From an uncultured Chloroflexia bacterium (GTDB lineage Bacteria > Chloroflexota > Limnocylindria > Limnocylindrales > CSP1-4), in contig CAWJUA010000022.1 of the NCBI GenBank assembly GCA_963845925.1, forward strand, positions 145,863 to 209,862: a stretch of DNA of 64,000 nucleotides. The letters run 5' to 3'. A program made the position numbers and the translations under genes. Positions 38,970 to 47,897 of the stretch are shown in pieces (the stretch's first letter is position 1; every line of letters begins with the position of its first letter). The notes under the pieces are model-generated. The model was not told the origin of the DNA. It saw only the letters and a list, made by a program, of their open reading frames with translations, and made no database searches.

Positions 38970-40303
38970 CCTCGGGGCTGCCGCGGGCGTCGCTCGGCGA
39001 GAACGTCCGCTTCACGCTGACGTACCTGCTGCCGAGCTTCCTCCGGGGGATCGCGATCCCGTTGCCGTTCTGGACCGAGGTCGCGACGCGGTTCGACACC
39101 GGGCGCGGCGTGGCGACGGTGGAGCGTCTGACCAAGCGCTACGACGGCCGGCCTGTGATGCTCAAGAGCGTCCTCGGGCAGACGCTCCTCGTCCTGGCGG
39201 CCGACGATGTCCGCCGGGTCCTGGAATCACCCGTGTCCGTCTATGGAATGAACGCAACCGAGAAGCGTCGGCTGTTCTCCCCGTTCGTGCCTGATGCGCT
39301 CAACGGCTCACCTCCGGACCTCCGTGCCGAGCGCCGCCCGTTCAACGAGGCCGTCCTCGACTACGGACACGAGCCCCATCGCTTCGCGGAGCAATTCCTC
39401 AGGGTCGTCCACGAGGAGGTCGCGGCGATGCTGGCGGACGCCGGGGACCTCGACTACGAGCGGTCGCTCGCGGCCTTTCGAAGGATCGCCCGGCGCTGCG
39501 CCCTCGGCGATGCCGCCGCGGATGACACGGAGCTGAGCGAGGAGCACAGCCGATTGCGCGCCGACGCCGACTGGCTGGGGCTCAAGGTCTGGGCTCGACG
39601 CCGGGACGCGCGGCTTCGAGCGGCGATGGACGAACGGATCGAGCGGTACGTTGCCGCCGCCGAGCCCGGCACGCTCGTCAGTCTCTTCGCCTCCGCGCCC
39701 AAGGAGGCGGAGACCGATCCGAACGGCCAGGTGCCGTTCTGGTTGATGGCGCTCGACGCGGTTCGGACCGCGGTCTTCAACGCGCTGGCACTGCTCACGA
39801 CCGATCCTGCGGCGCACGAGCGCGCGCTCGCCGAGGTCCGCGCGGCGGACGCAGCCCACGGGCCGGGTACGGTCGCCGGCCTCGCCGACCTTGCCTTCGT
39901 GCGCGCCTGCCTGCTCGACAGCGTCCGGCTGTGGCCTGCGGCAGCGATGCTCGTTCGAGTCACGGCGGCCGAGACCGAGTGGTACGGCGAGACGCTGCCG
40001 ATCGGTTCGAGGGTCCTCATCCCCGTCGTCGCCCACCACCGCGCGCGTCGGCTGCCGCAGGCGAACCGGTTCGCTCCCGACCTCTGGCTCGATGGCTCGG
40101 CAGACGCCGACTGGCAGATGAACGTGTTCTCGCGCGGCGGCGCGCAGTGTGCCGGCCGGAATCTCGCCCTCCTGCTCGGCACCGCCAGCCTCGCGGAGCT
40201 GCTCCGGCAGGGGGAGTTCGAGCTCCTGAGGCCGAAGCTGGCCCCGGACCGGCCGCTGCCGTACGGAATGAACCCGTTGAACGTCCGGTTTGCCGTTCGC
40301 TGA
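38966..40303 (+). CDS. Cytochrome P450
   Basis: Haem-binding loop FSRGGAQCAGRNLA (FxxGxxxCxG). ExxR-like (LLDSVRL). 445 aa. Confidence 0.85.
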   Translation: MTSGLPRASLGENVRFTLTYLLPSFLRGIAIPLPFWTEVATRFDTGRGVATVERLTKRYDGRPVMLKSVLGQTLLVLAADDVRRVLESPVSVYGMNATEKRRLFSPFVPDALNGSPPDLRAERRPFNEAVLDYGHEPHRFAEQFLRVVHEEVAAMLADAGDLDYERSLAAFRRIARRCALGDAAADDTELSEEHSRLRADADWLGLKVWARRRDARLRAAMDERIERYVAAAEPGTLVSLFASAPKEAETDPNGQVPFWLMALDAVRTAVFNALALLTTDPAAHERALAEVRAADAAHGPGTVAGLADLAFVRACLLDSVRLWPAAAMLVRVTAAETEWYGETLPIGSRVLIPVVAHHRARRLPQANRFAPDLWLDGSADADWQMNVFSRGGAQCAGRNLALLLGTASLAELLRQGEFELLRPKLAPDRPLPYGMNPLNVRFAVR

Positions 40304-40390
40304 ACCCGCCTGACAGACCGTCACCGGGCGGCTCCGACAACGGCCGGGCGTTGTCATGGAGCCGAAAGAATCGGCCGGCATCCTTCCGGC

Positions 40391-40723
40391 ATGACTTCTC
40401 AACGCCGGCTTCCCGCCGAGCGCGATCGCGCGGTCGCCCGCCTCCACTCGCTGACCCGGGGCGCGGCCGTGGGCGGCGTTCTTGGCACGCTGCTGTTCGG
40501 CGCCGTGGCGGCAGCCTCGTATGACGGAACCGTTACGACGACGACGGCGGCGAACTCCAACGAGAGCGCGGCCCAGGTTGCCGCCGACAATTCGACGGCC
40601 AACGGAGCGACCGCGACGACGGACGGCGAAAGTTCGACCGACGACAGCCAGCTCCAGGCCACCCCGGCGCCCACGACCTCGACGACGTCGGGCGCCGCGC
40701 ACGCCTCGACCGGCGGCTCATGA
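40391..40723 (+). CDS. Small exported Thr/Ala/Ser-rich protein (110 aa) heading the ApbE operon. Candidate flavinylation substrate.
   Basis: N-terminal TM/signal (GAAVGGVLGTLLFGAVAAASY) and a low-complexity TS-rich tail containing ..DNSTANGATATTDG.., which resembles the ApbE target motif [ST]GA[ST]x[ST]. Its stop overlaps the apbE start. Confidence 0.45.
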   Translation: MTSQRRLPAERDRAVARLHSLTRGAAVGGVLGTLLFGAVAAASYDGTVTTTTAANSNESAAQVAADNSTANGATATTDGESSTDDSQLQATPAPTTSTTSGAAHASTGGS

Positions 40724-41700
40724 CCGACATCGCAGCGGCCGGCTGGCGGGCCATCGGCACCGGCGTCCGCGTCGTCGTCCACGATGGCAGCCTCGACGCC
40801 GCCCGGGCGGCCGTGGTGGACGTCCTCGACGAGGTCGACCGGGCCCTGAGCCGGTTCCGCGACGACAGCGAGCTGTCCCTGTTGAACGCCCGATCCGGCG
40901 AGGAGGTCGGCGCTGTCGCCGCTTCTCGGCGACGCGATCGCGGCCGGGCTGCGCGCGGCCCGGATCACGAACGGCGCCGTCGACCCGACGGTCGGGCGGG
41001 CGATGCGCCTGATCGGCTACGACCTCGACTTCCGGAGCCTGCCCCAGGACGGAGCGCCGCTCGAGGTCCGCTTCGAGGCCGTGCCCGGCTGGCAGACGGT
41101 CGCGCTCGCCGCGGACCGCCGCCGCGTCCGGGTCGCGCGCGGCGTCGAGATCGACCTTGGTTCCGTCGGCAAGGCGCTCGCCGCCGATCTCGCCGCGGGT
41201 CGTGCGCATGCGACGCGATGGGCCGCGGCGGCGTCCTCGTCTCGCTCGGCGGCGACATCGCCGTCGCGGGTACGCCGCCCGACGGCGACTGGCGGGTCCT
41301 CGTCGCGGAGGACAGCGAGGCGCCGGCCGACGGACCCGGCGAGGTCGTCGCGATCCGGACCGGCGCGATCGCGACGTCGAGCACGACCGTCCGGCGCTGG
41401 CGGCGCGGCGACCGCGCCCTGCACCACCTCATCGATCCTCGGACCGGCGCCCCGGTCGAGTCGCCGTGGCGGACCGCGTCCGTCGTCGCGGCCACGTGCG
41501 TCGACGCCAACACGGCCGCGACCGCGGCGATCGTCCTCGGCGACGCCGCGCTTGACTGGCTCGGGTCGACGGGCCTCGTCGCCCGCCTCGTCTCGACCGA
41601 CGGCGAGGTCGTCCGCGTCGGCGGCTGGCCGGAGCCGGCCGAGACGCGATCGTCTCCGGAAGCGGGCGCCCTCGTGTCGTCCGGACGGGCCGGCTCGTGA
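40720..41700 (+). CDS. apbE: FAD:protein FMN transferase (ApbE family). Two apparent frameshifts (~40913, ~41218).
   Basis: ApbE hallmarks IDLGSVGKALAADLAA, LVSLGGDIAV, HHLIDPRTGAPV, DANTAATAAIV. The central third (SPLLGDAIAAGLRAARITNGAVDPTVGRAMRLIGYDLDF...) lies in ORF 41003.. in another frame. Confidence 0.75.
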   Translation: MTDIAAAGWRAIGTGVRVVVHDGSLDAARAAVVDVLDEVDRALSRFRDDSELSLLNARSGEEVGAVAASRRRDRGRAARGPDHERRRRPDGRAGDAPDRLRPRLPEPAPGRSAARGPLRGRARLADGRARRGPPPRPGRARRRDRPWFRRQGARRRSRRGSCACDAMGRGGVLVSLGGDIAVAGTPPDGDWRVLVAEDSEAPADGPGEVVAIRTGAIATSSTTVRRWRRGDRALHHLIDPRTGAPVESPWRTASVVAATCVDANTAATAAIVLGDAALDWLGSTGLVARLVSTDGEVVRVGGWPEPAETRSSPEAGALVSSGRAGS

Positions 41701-42299
41701 GCACCCAGCTCCTGTGGTTTGCGACCCGCGGTGCCGGCATCGTGTCCCTGATCCTGTTCAGCGTCGTCGCCTGCCTGGGCCTGCTGGCCGTGGCTCGCGC
41801 CCAGTCGACGTGGTGGCCGCGGTTCCTGACCGTCGAGGTCCATCGGTCGCTCGCGCTGCTCTCGGTCGCGTTCCTCGCGGTCCACATCGCGACCGCCGTC
41901 TTCGACCCGTTCACCCACCTCGGCCTGGCGGCGGCGATCCTGCCACTCGCGTCGAGCTACCGACCGGTGCAGGTCGCGCTGGGCGTGGTCTCTGTGTACT
42001 TCGCCGCCGCGATGATCGTCACGAGCCTCCTCCGCGACCGCCTGGGTCACCTGGCGTGGCGGACGGTCCACTGGCTCGCGTACGCGGCGTGGCCGCTGGC
42101 CGTCGCCCACTCGATCACGGCCGGCAGCGACGGCATCGCGGTGTGGATGCTCGCGGTGACGGGACTGTGCGTCTTGGCCGTCGGCGCCGCGCTGTTCTAC
42201 CGACTCGAGGCCGGCCGGACGAACCGCAGCCGGCTGCCCGCGGTCGCAGCCGGCACCGCCGCCCCGATCCCGGCCGAGCCGGCCTGGCGGAACGACTGA
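41697..42299 (+). CDS. Ferric-reductase-like transmembrane di-haem b protein (MsrQ/YedZ-like, PF01794) with no fused FAD/NAD domain
   Basis: Six TMS. His pairs with 13-14 residue spacing in two helices (VHRSLALLSVAFLAVHIA and VHWLAYAAWPLAVAHSI) give the bis-His ligation of two b haems. Start overlaps the apbE stop. Confidence 0.7.
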   Translation: MSTQLLWFATRGAGIVSLILFSVVACLGLLAVARAQSTWWPRFLTVEVHRSLALLSVAFLAVHIATAVFDPFTHLGLAAAILPLASSYRPVQVALGVVSVYFAAAMIVTSLLRDRLGHLAWRTVHWLAYAAWPLAVAHSITAGSDGIAVWMLAVTGLCVLAVGAALFYRLEAGRTNRSRLPAVAAGTAAPIPAEPAWRND

Positions 42300-42300
42300 C

Positions 42301-43560
42301 ATGGACCTGCGCCTGCTCGCCGGCCCACCGGCCGCGGCCGGGACCGAATCGTTCGGCGACCATCGCGCCCGCCTCGGCGGGCGGCCGGACGGCCCGTCGG
42401 CCCGGGACACGATCCCGGCCCTCGAGGCAAGCGGGCTGCTCGGCCGCGGCGGGGCGGGCTTCCCGGTGGGGCGCAAATGGCGATCGGTCGCCGAGCAGGC
42501 CGCCCGGGCCGGCACTCGACCGGTCGTCCTCGTCAACGGCGCAGAAGGCGAGCCGCTCAGCTCGAAGGACCGGACGCTGCTCCGTCTTCGGCCGCATCTC
42601 GTCCTCGACGGGGCGCTGACCGCCGCCGACGCCGTCGGCGCCGACCGGATCGAGCTCTACATCGGATCCGAGCACCGCGACGCCCGCCTCGCGCTCCGCC
42701 GCGCGATCACCGAGCGGTCCGATATCCGGCTGCCGCTTCGAATCGTCGACGCCCCGGCCGCGTACGTCGCCGGCGAGGAGTCCGCGGCCGTCCACTTCGT
42801 CAACGAGGGCGACGCCCGCCCGACCACGACGCCGCCACGCCCCTTCGAGCGGGGGATCGGCGGCCGCCCGACGCTCGTCCAGAACGTCGAGAGCCTCGCG
42901 GCAGCCGCGCTGATCGCCCGCCGCGGGCCCGGCTGGTACCGCGAGACCGGCCGCGGCGCGACGCCCGGGACCGCGCTGATCACCGTCACCGGCGCCGCGA
43001 ACGACGGCATCCACGAGATCGAGATCGGCACGCCGATCGCGGAGCTGGCAGGGGCCGCTGGCGCCGGCGCGGGCCCCGACGACCGCCAGGCGGTCCTGCT
43101 CGGCGGCTACTTCGGCGGGTGGGTCGGCGCCGAGCGAGCGTGGCGCCTGCCGCTCGACCCGGTCGCGCTCCGCGACGCCGGCACCGCGTTCGGCTGCGGC
43201 GTCGTCGCGTTCCTCGGCAACGGCATCTGCGGCGTCCGGACGACCGCCCGGATCATGGACTGGATGGCTGGTCAGAGCGCGGCGCAGTGCGGCCCGTGCG
43301 TCTTCGGCCTCCGCGCGATCGCCGACGCAACCGGGCGAGTCGCCGCCGGCCATCCCGAGCGTGACGACGTGGCAAGACTCGAGCGCTGGGCGGAGCAGAT
43401 CGCCGGCCGCGGCGCGTGCCGCCATCCCGATGGCGCCGTCGGCCAGCTGCTCAGCTCGCTCCAGGTCTTCAACGCGGAGTGGAAGCTCCACCAGCGCCAC
43501 CGCCAGTGCAGCTTTGGGCACAGCGGCGGGCTGGATGCCGACGGGCGGAGGGTCGCCTGA
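42301..43560 (+). CDS. NuoF/RnfC-like NADH-binding FMN + [4Fe-4S] protein (Complex1_51K family), stand-alone
   Basis: GRGGAGFPVGRKW (FMN/NADH motif). Fe-S cysteine motif SAAQCGPCVFG. Further Cys at C-R-H. 1-nt gap from the upstream gene. Confidence 0.75.
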   Translation: MDLRLLAGPPAAAGTESFGDHRARLGGRPDGPSARDTIPALEASGLLGRGGAGFPVGRKWRSVAEQAARAGTRPVVLVNGAEGEPLSSKDRTLLRLRPHLVLDGALTAADAVGADRIELYIGSEHRDARLALRRAITERSDIRLPLRIVDAPAAYVAGEESAAVHFVNEGDARPTTTPPRPFERGIGGRPTLVQNVESLAAAALIARRGPGWYRETGRGATPGTALITVTGAANDGIHEIEIGTPIAELAGAAGAGAGPDDRQAVLLGGYFGGWVGAERAWRLPLDPVALRDAGTAFGCGVVAFLGNGICGVRTTARIMDWMAGQSAAQCGPCVFGLRAIADATGRVAAGHPERDDVARLERWAEQIAGRGACRHPDGAVGQLLSSLQVFNAEWKLHQRHRQCSFGHSGGLDADGRRVA

Positions 43561-43838
43561 TGCCGGCCGGCCCGCCGACGCGAACGTGGGATCGGATCGA
43601 CCAGCCAAGGCGAACCGGCTGGGGAATGTCGGACGCCCAACTCAAGGTCGACCGGATCGCCTGCGACGGCTACGGGATGTGCGCCGAGCTGCTCCCCGAG
43701 CTGATCGACCTCGACGACTGGGGCTACCCGATCATCCGCGAGGGCGGCGTCCCGGACGCACTCATCGATCACGCCCGCCGCGCCGTCGCCGTCTGCCCGG
43801 TGCTGGCCCTCCGGCTCGCCCGGGACGTGCGACCCTGA
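43560..43838 (+). CDS. Small ferredoxin-like [Fe-S] protein
   Basis: CDGYGMCAELLPEL...AVAVCP is a single-cluster ferredoxin pattern. The ATG overlaps the upstream stop (TGATG). Confidence 0.55.
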   Translation: MPAGPPTRTWDRIDQPRRTGWGMSDAQLKVDRIACDGYGMCAELLPELIDLDDWGYPIIREGGVPDALIDHARRAVAVCPVLALRLARDVRP

Positions 43839-43842
43839 GGCC

Positions 43843-44511
43843 ATGCGCATCCTGGTCGCGGAGGACGATCGCGGTCTCCGCGACGTCATCGTCCTCGGCC
43901 TGACCGACAGCGGCTACCACGTCGACGCGGTCGAGCGCGGCGACGACGCGATCGACCAGCTGCGGTTCTACGAGTACGACGTCGCGATCCTCGACTGGCG
44001 AATGCCCGGCCGCGAGGGGATCGACGTCGTCGAGTGGGCCCGTCGCCACAAGCGCCCGACGGCGATCCTCATGCTGACCGCCCGCGACACGCCGGCCGAC
44101 CGGATCCGCGGCCTCGACAGCGGCGCCGACGACTACCTCGTGAAGCCGTTCGACTTCGGCGAGCTCCTCGCCCGCGTTCGGGCCCTCCAGCGGCGGCCGC
44201 GCGGCGTCGATGGCGCGACGATCGACCGGGGCCGGCTCAGCCTCGACCCGGTCAGCCGGCTGGTGATGGTCGACGACCGCGAGCTGAGCCTGACCTCGAC
44301 GGAGTACCGGATCCTCGAGCTGCTGCTGCGGCGCTCGCCGGCCGTCGTCGACCGCAAGGCGATCGCCGAGCATGCCTGGGCCGACGAGACCGACCCGCTC
44401 GGCTCGAACGCGATCGACGTCCAGCTCAGCCGCCTCCGGGCGAAGCTGCCCGGCGCGGGAATCCGGATCGTCACGGTCCGCGGCGCCGGCTATCGGCTCG
44501 AGGAGTCCTGA
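43843..44511 (+). CDS. OmpR-family response regulator
   Basis: Receiver domain (DVAILDWRMPG, phospho-acceptor Asp) with a winged-helix C-terminus (YRILELLL..GAGYRL). 4 nt after the ferredoxin stop. Confidence 0.9.
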   Translation: MRILVAEDDRGLRDVIVLGLTDSGYHVDAVERGDDAIDQLRFYEYDVAILDWRMPGREGIDVVEWARRHKRPTAILMLTARDTPADRIRGLDSGADDYLVKPFDFGELLARVRALQRRPRGVDGATIDRGRLSLDPVSRLVMVDDRELSLTSTEYRILELLLRRSPAVVDRKAIAEHAWADETDPLGSNAIDVQLSRLRAKLPGAGIRIVTVRGAGYRLEES

Positions 44512-44513
44512 CC

Positions 44514-45737
44514 GTGGCCGTCGCGGCGCTGCCGAGCGTCCGCCGGGTCTCGATCCGCGTCGCCCTCCTCGCGACGGCGGTCGTCGCGGCCGCGTACCTC
44601 GCGGTCTGCGTCGGCGTGATCGCGATCGTCCAGCGCAACCTCACTGACCAGATCGACCAGCGGATCACCGCGTCGTTCGTCCGGCTCGACGACGACCACG
44701 GCCGCGACGACCACCCGTACCAGGCCCCACCGCCGGAGCGGTTCGGCGGCGCCCCGGTCGTGGTCTGGGCCGTCGATTCGGGTGGCCAGGTCCACACCGA
44801 CAGCGCGAACCCGGCCCTACCTGCCGAGTACACCAGCGTCCGCGGGCCGGTCACTGCCACGATCAACGGCGTCGATCTCAGGCTCGCCGGCCAGGCCGTC
44901 GGCGACGACTGGGTCGTCATCGGCCAGTCGCTCGAGGGGGTCAGCGAGACCCGCCAGAACGTGATCGTCGCGGAGCTGCTGATCGCGCCGTTCCTCCTTG
45001 GGGCGGTGTTCCTCGGCGCGCTCTGGATCGGCCGGCGGGTTGCCGCGCCGATCGAGGCATCGCGCCGCCGCCAGCTCGACTTCACGGCCGACGCTTCTCA
45101 CGAGCTGCGGACGCCGCTCGCGGTCATCGAGGCCCAGACGAGCCTCGCCCTGGCCGGCCAGCGGGACGTGGCCTGGTCCCGGGCCGCGTTCGAGCGTGTC
45201 GACGACGAGGCCAAGCGGATGCGAAGGATGCTCGAGGACCTCCTCTGGCTGGCCCGGTTCGACGCCTCGAAGCGGCCGGTCGACGTCGAGCCGGTCGACC
45301 TGGCGGTGATGGCCGGCCAGGCAGTCGATCGGTTCGGGCCGGTCGCCGAGACCCGGCGCCTCACGATCGAGGTCCACGCGCCGCCCGACGGCGCGGTCGT
45401 CGCGGCACCGCCCGAATGGCTCGATCGCCTGCTCGGCGTGCTGCTCGACAACGCCTGCAAATACGCGCCCGACGGCGGCCGTGTCGACGTGACCGTTGCG
45501 ATCGACGGGTCGCGCGTCGCCCTGACGGTGGACGACAGCGGCCCGGGCATCCCCGAAGGCGAGCGGACGCGGATCTTCGACCGGTTCCACCGGGCGACCG
45601 ACGAGGCCGGCGGGGCTGGCCTGGGCCTCGCGATCGCCGACGCGATCGTCCGGGCGACGGGCGGCCGCTGGCGCGTCGCGAGCTCGCCGTCCGGGGGCGC
45701 CCGGATGGGCGTCAGCTGGACGCGCGCCCTCGCCTGA
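44514..45737 (+). CDS. Sensor histidine kinase (HAMP-HisKA-HATPase_c)
   Basis: GTG start 2 nt after the response regulator stop. Two TMS. H-box SHELRTPL. N, G1, G2 boxes (LDNACKYAP, DDSGPGIP, GGAGLGLAI). Confidence 0.85.
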   Translation: MAVAALPSVRRVSIRVALLATAVVAAAYLAVCVGVIAIVQRNLTDQIDQRITASFVRLDDDHGRDDHPYQAPPPERFGGAPVVVWAVDSGGQVHTDSANPALPAEYTSVRGPVTATINGVDLRLAGQAVGDDWVVIGQSLEGVSETRQNVIVAELLIAPFLLGAVFLGALWIGRRVAAPIEASRRRQLDFTADASHELRTPLAVIEAQTSLALAGQRDVAWSRAAFERVDDEAKRMRRMLEDLLWLARFDASKRPVDVEPVDLAVMAGQAVDRFGPVAETRRLTIEVHAPPDGAVVAAPPEWLDRLLGVLLDNACKYAPDGGRVDVTVAIDGSRVALTVDDSGPGIPEGERTRIFDRFHRATDEAGGAGLGLAIADAIVRATGGRWRVASSPSGGARMGVSWTRALA

Positions 45738-45781
45738 CGAATCTCATCAAATCGAAAGGTTTGGGTGGCAGCCTGTCCCCG

Positions 45782-46123
45782 ATGAACCGCGCGACCCGGC
45801 AGCAGGTCACCCGCCGCTCCGTTGCGCTCGATCGCCTCGAGTCGATCACGACCGGGGCGGCGATCGCGGGCGTCGCCGGCACGATCGGCTTCGGCGCGCT
45901 GGCGGCGATCACGTTCTCCGGCACCGCGAACGCCGCGAACCCCGCGGACGGGCAGTCCGGCCCGAACGTCCAGACCGACCGGAGCGGCCCGAGCCGCGAC
46001 GACGTGATTAGCCCAGTTACCCCGAACACGAACGACGACAACGGCGCCCAGCCGTTCGTCGCGGCTCCGGCGCCTCAGACGAGCTCCCGCCGCAGCCACG
46101 CCACGACCGGAGGGTCGGGCTAG
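45782..46123 (+). CDS. Small secreted protein (113 aa) downstream of the two-component system
   Basis: MNRATRQQVTRRSVALDRLESITTGAAIAGVAGTIGFGALAAITFSGTANAANPADG... has a signal peptide/TM and an Asp/Asn/Pro-rich tail. Confidence 0.4.
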   Translation: MNRATRQQVTRRSVALDRLESITTGAAIAGVAGTIGFGALAAITFSGTANAANPADGQSGPNVQTDRSGPSRDDVISPVTPNTNDDNGAQPFVAAPAPQTSSRRSHATTGGSG

Positions 46124-46158
46124 GCCGGAGTCCGGTCCTCGCGATCGACCGTGAATTG

Positions 46159-46189
46159 AAACGCCGCCCACCGGATTGGTGGACGGCGT
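46159..46189. terminator. Hairpin AACGCCGCCCACC-ggatt-GGTGGACGGCGTT between convergent genes
   Basis: 13-bp stem with one mismatch and a 5-nt loop. Lies 36 nt after the small-protein stop and 24 nt after the sigA stop on the other strand. Confidence 0.45.
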
Positions 46190-46212
46190 TGCCGTATCTG
46201 GGTTGACGGGCG

Positions 46213-47772
46213 TCAGTCGCTGACGAATTCCCGGAGCTTGCGGCTCCGCGAGGGGTGGCGCAGCTTGCGCAGCGCGTGCGACTCGATCTGGCGGATCCGC
46301 TCGCGCGTCAGGCCGAACTCCTTGCCGACCTCCTCGAGCGTCCGCGGCCGGCCGTCGTCGAGGCCGAACCGCAGCCGGAGGACGCGCTCCTCGCGGCCCT
46401 CGAGGCTGTCGAGCACCCGGGAGACCTGCTCCTTGAGGAGCTGCTCGGTGACGACCTCTTCCGGCCGAAGCGCGTTCGGGTCCTCGATCAGCTGACCGAG
46501 CTCCGTGTCGCCTTCCTCGCCGACGGGCGTCTCGAGCGAGATGGGGGAGCGACCGTAGCGGCGCACCTCCTCGACCCGCTCGGCGGTGATCGCCATCCGC
46601 GGATCCTTGGACAGCTCGTCCGCGATCTCCTCGGTCGTCGGCTCCCGCCCGAGCGTGAGCGTCAGCTCGCGCGTCGTCCGGGTGACCCGCTGCATGGTCT
46701 CGACCATGTGGACCGGGATGCGGATCGTCCGCGACTGGTCGGCGAGGCCGCGCTGGATCGCCTGGCGGATCCACCACGTCGCGTACGTCGAGAACTTGAA
46801 GCCGCGCTGCCACTCGAACTTGTCGACGGCCCGCATCAGGCCGGCGTTGCCCTCCTGGATGAGATCCAGGAAGCCGAGGCCGCGGTTCATGTACTTCTTG
46901 GCGTTGGCGACGACGAGCCGGAGGTTCGCCGACGTCAGGTGGTCGCGGGCCGCCCGGCCCTTCGTCGTGAGGTCGTCGATCATCTCGGCGACCGTCTCGA
47001 CGTCGTTGCCGGCCTCGACCCAGCGGCGGACCGCCGGGATCGCGACCTCGTCGCGGGCCCAGGTGCGCATCGCCACGATCGGCTTCTCGTCACGGACGAG
47101 CGGCCGGCGGCCGTCGCCGTGGACCCAGTCGAGGAGCGCGCTGAATGTCTCCGCGTCGAGCTGCTCGTTATAGATCGCCCGGAGGTTGCGGGCCTTGCCG
47201 AGGAGCTCGCGCGCCTCGCCTTCGGCCGACGCGATCGCGTCGGTCAGGCCGACCTTCGGCGCGGTCGTGAGCAGGTCGAGCGCGCCATCGTCGGCGAACG
47301 CCGCCAGGACGATGCGGTGGGCCTCCTCGGCGAACGGCAGCAGGTACGCCGGGTTCTTCGCCCGGGTCTTGGCCTCGGTGTCGTTGAGGGTCCACTCGTG
47401 GATGTCGAGGATCGCGGTCCACGGCTCAGTGGCCATGCGGACGCCGAGCTCGATCGACTTCGCGAGGACGACCTCCTCCTCTGCGCTGAGGAGCGGGACG
47501 CGGGCGATCTCCCGGAGGTACAGGCGCGTCGAGTCCTCGACGTCGAGCGACTCTTCGTCGACGACCTCGGCCGGCTCCTCGTCCGGATCCGCGACGGCCG
47601 GCGTGGCCGTGGCCACGGGTACGACCGCCTCGGGCTCCGCGGCAGCCGCCGCGAGCTCCTGGTCGCCCGGCTCCGGGATGGCGTCGAGCGAAAGCGCGGG
47701 AACGAGCTCCGACTCTGTCGGCTCGATCCCTTCGGTTCCATTTTCAATGAAGGTGATCAACGGTGACTCCAC
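46213..47772 (-). CDS. sigA: Principal (group 1) RNA polymerase sigma factor, sigma-70 family
   Basis: 519 aa. Acidic region 1.1. Region 1.2/2 ([72 protein letters not shown]). Region 3 and region 4.2 ([28 protein letters not shown]). The long non-conserved insert is typical of RpoD/SigA. Confidence 0.9.
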   Translation of the reverse strand: MESPLITFIENGTEGIEPTESELVPALSLDAIPEPGDQELAAAAAEPEAVVPVATATPAVADPDEEPAEVVDEESLDVEDSTRLYLREIARVPLLSAEEEVVLAKSIELGVRMATEPWTAILDIHEWTLNDTEAKTRAKNPAYLLPFAEEAHRIVLAAFADDGALDLLTTAPKVGLTDAIASAEGEARELLGKARNLRAIYNEQLDAETFSALLDWVHGDGRRPLVRDEKPIVAMRTWARDEVAIPAVRRWVEAGNDVETVAEMIDDLTTKGRAARDHLTSANLRLVVANAKKYMNRGLGFLDLIQEGNAGLMRAVDKFEWQRGFKFSTYATWWIRQAIQRGLADQSRTIRIPVHMVETMQRVTRTTRELTLTLGREPTTEEIADELSKDPRMAITAERVEEVRRYGRSPISLETPVGEEGDTELGQLIEDPNALRPEEVVTEQLLKEQVSRVLDSLEGREERVLRLRFGLDDGRPRTLEEVGKEFGLTRERIRQIESHALRKLRHPSRSRKLREFVSD

Positions 47773-47897
47773 TCACATCAGGGCGGCACACGGCGACCGC
47801 CGCCCCGACGCAGAACAATGATGAACAGCCGATCCGCCCTCCGCCGCAGCGGATCAGCCCCATATGCCGGTCCCGCCTCGAGCCGGACATACGTTCT

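Noticed and set aside
15599-45800. Recurrent MNAT / MNRAT N-termini (genes starting at 15599, 17095, 19275 and 45782)
   Set aside because: Probably coincidence of preferred codons after ATG. There is no shared downstream sequence or signal-peptide pattern, so I did not treat it as a targeting motif.
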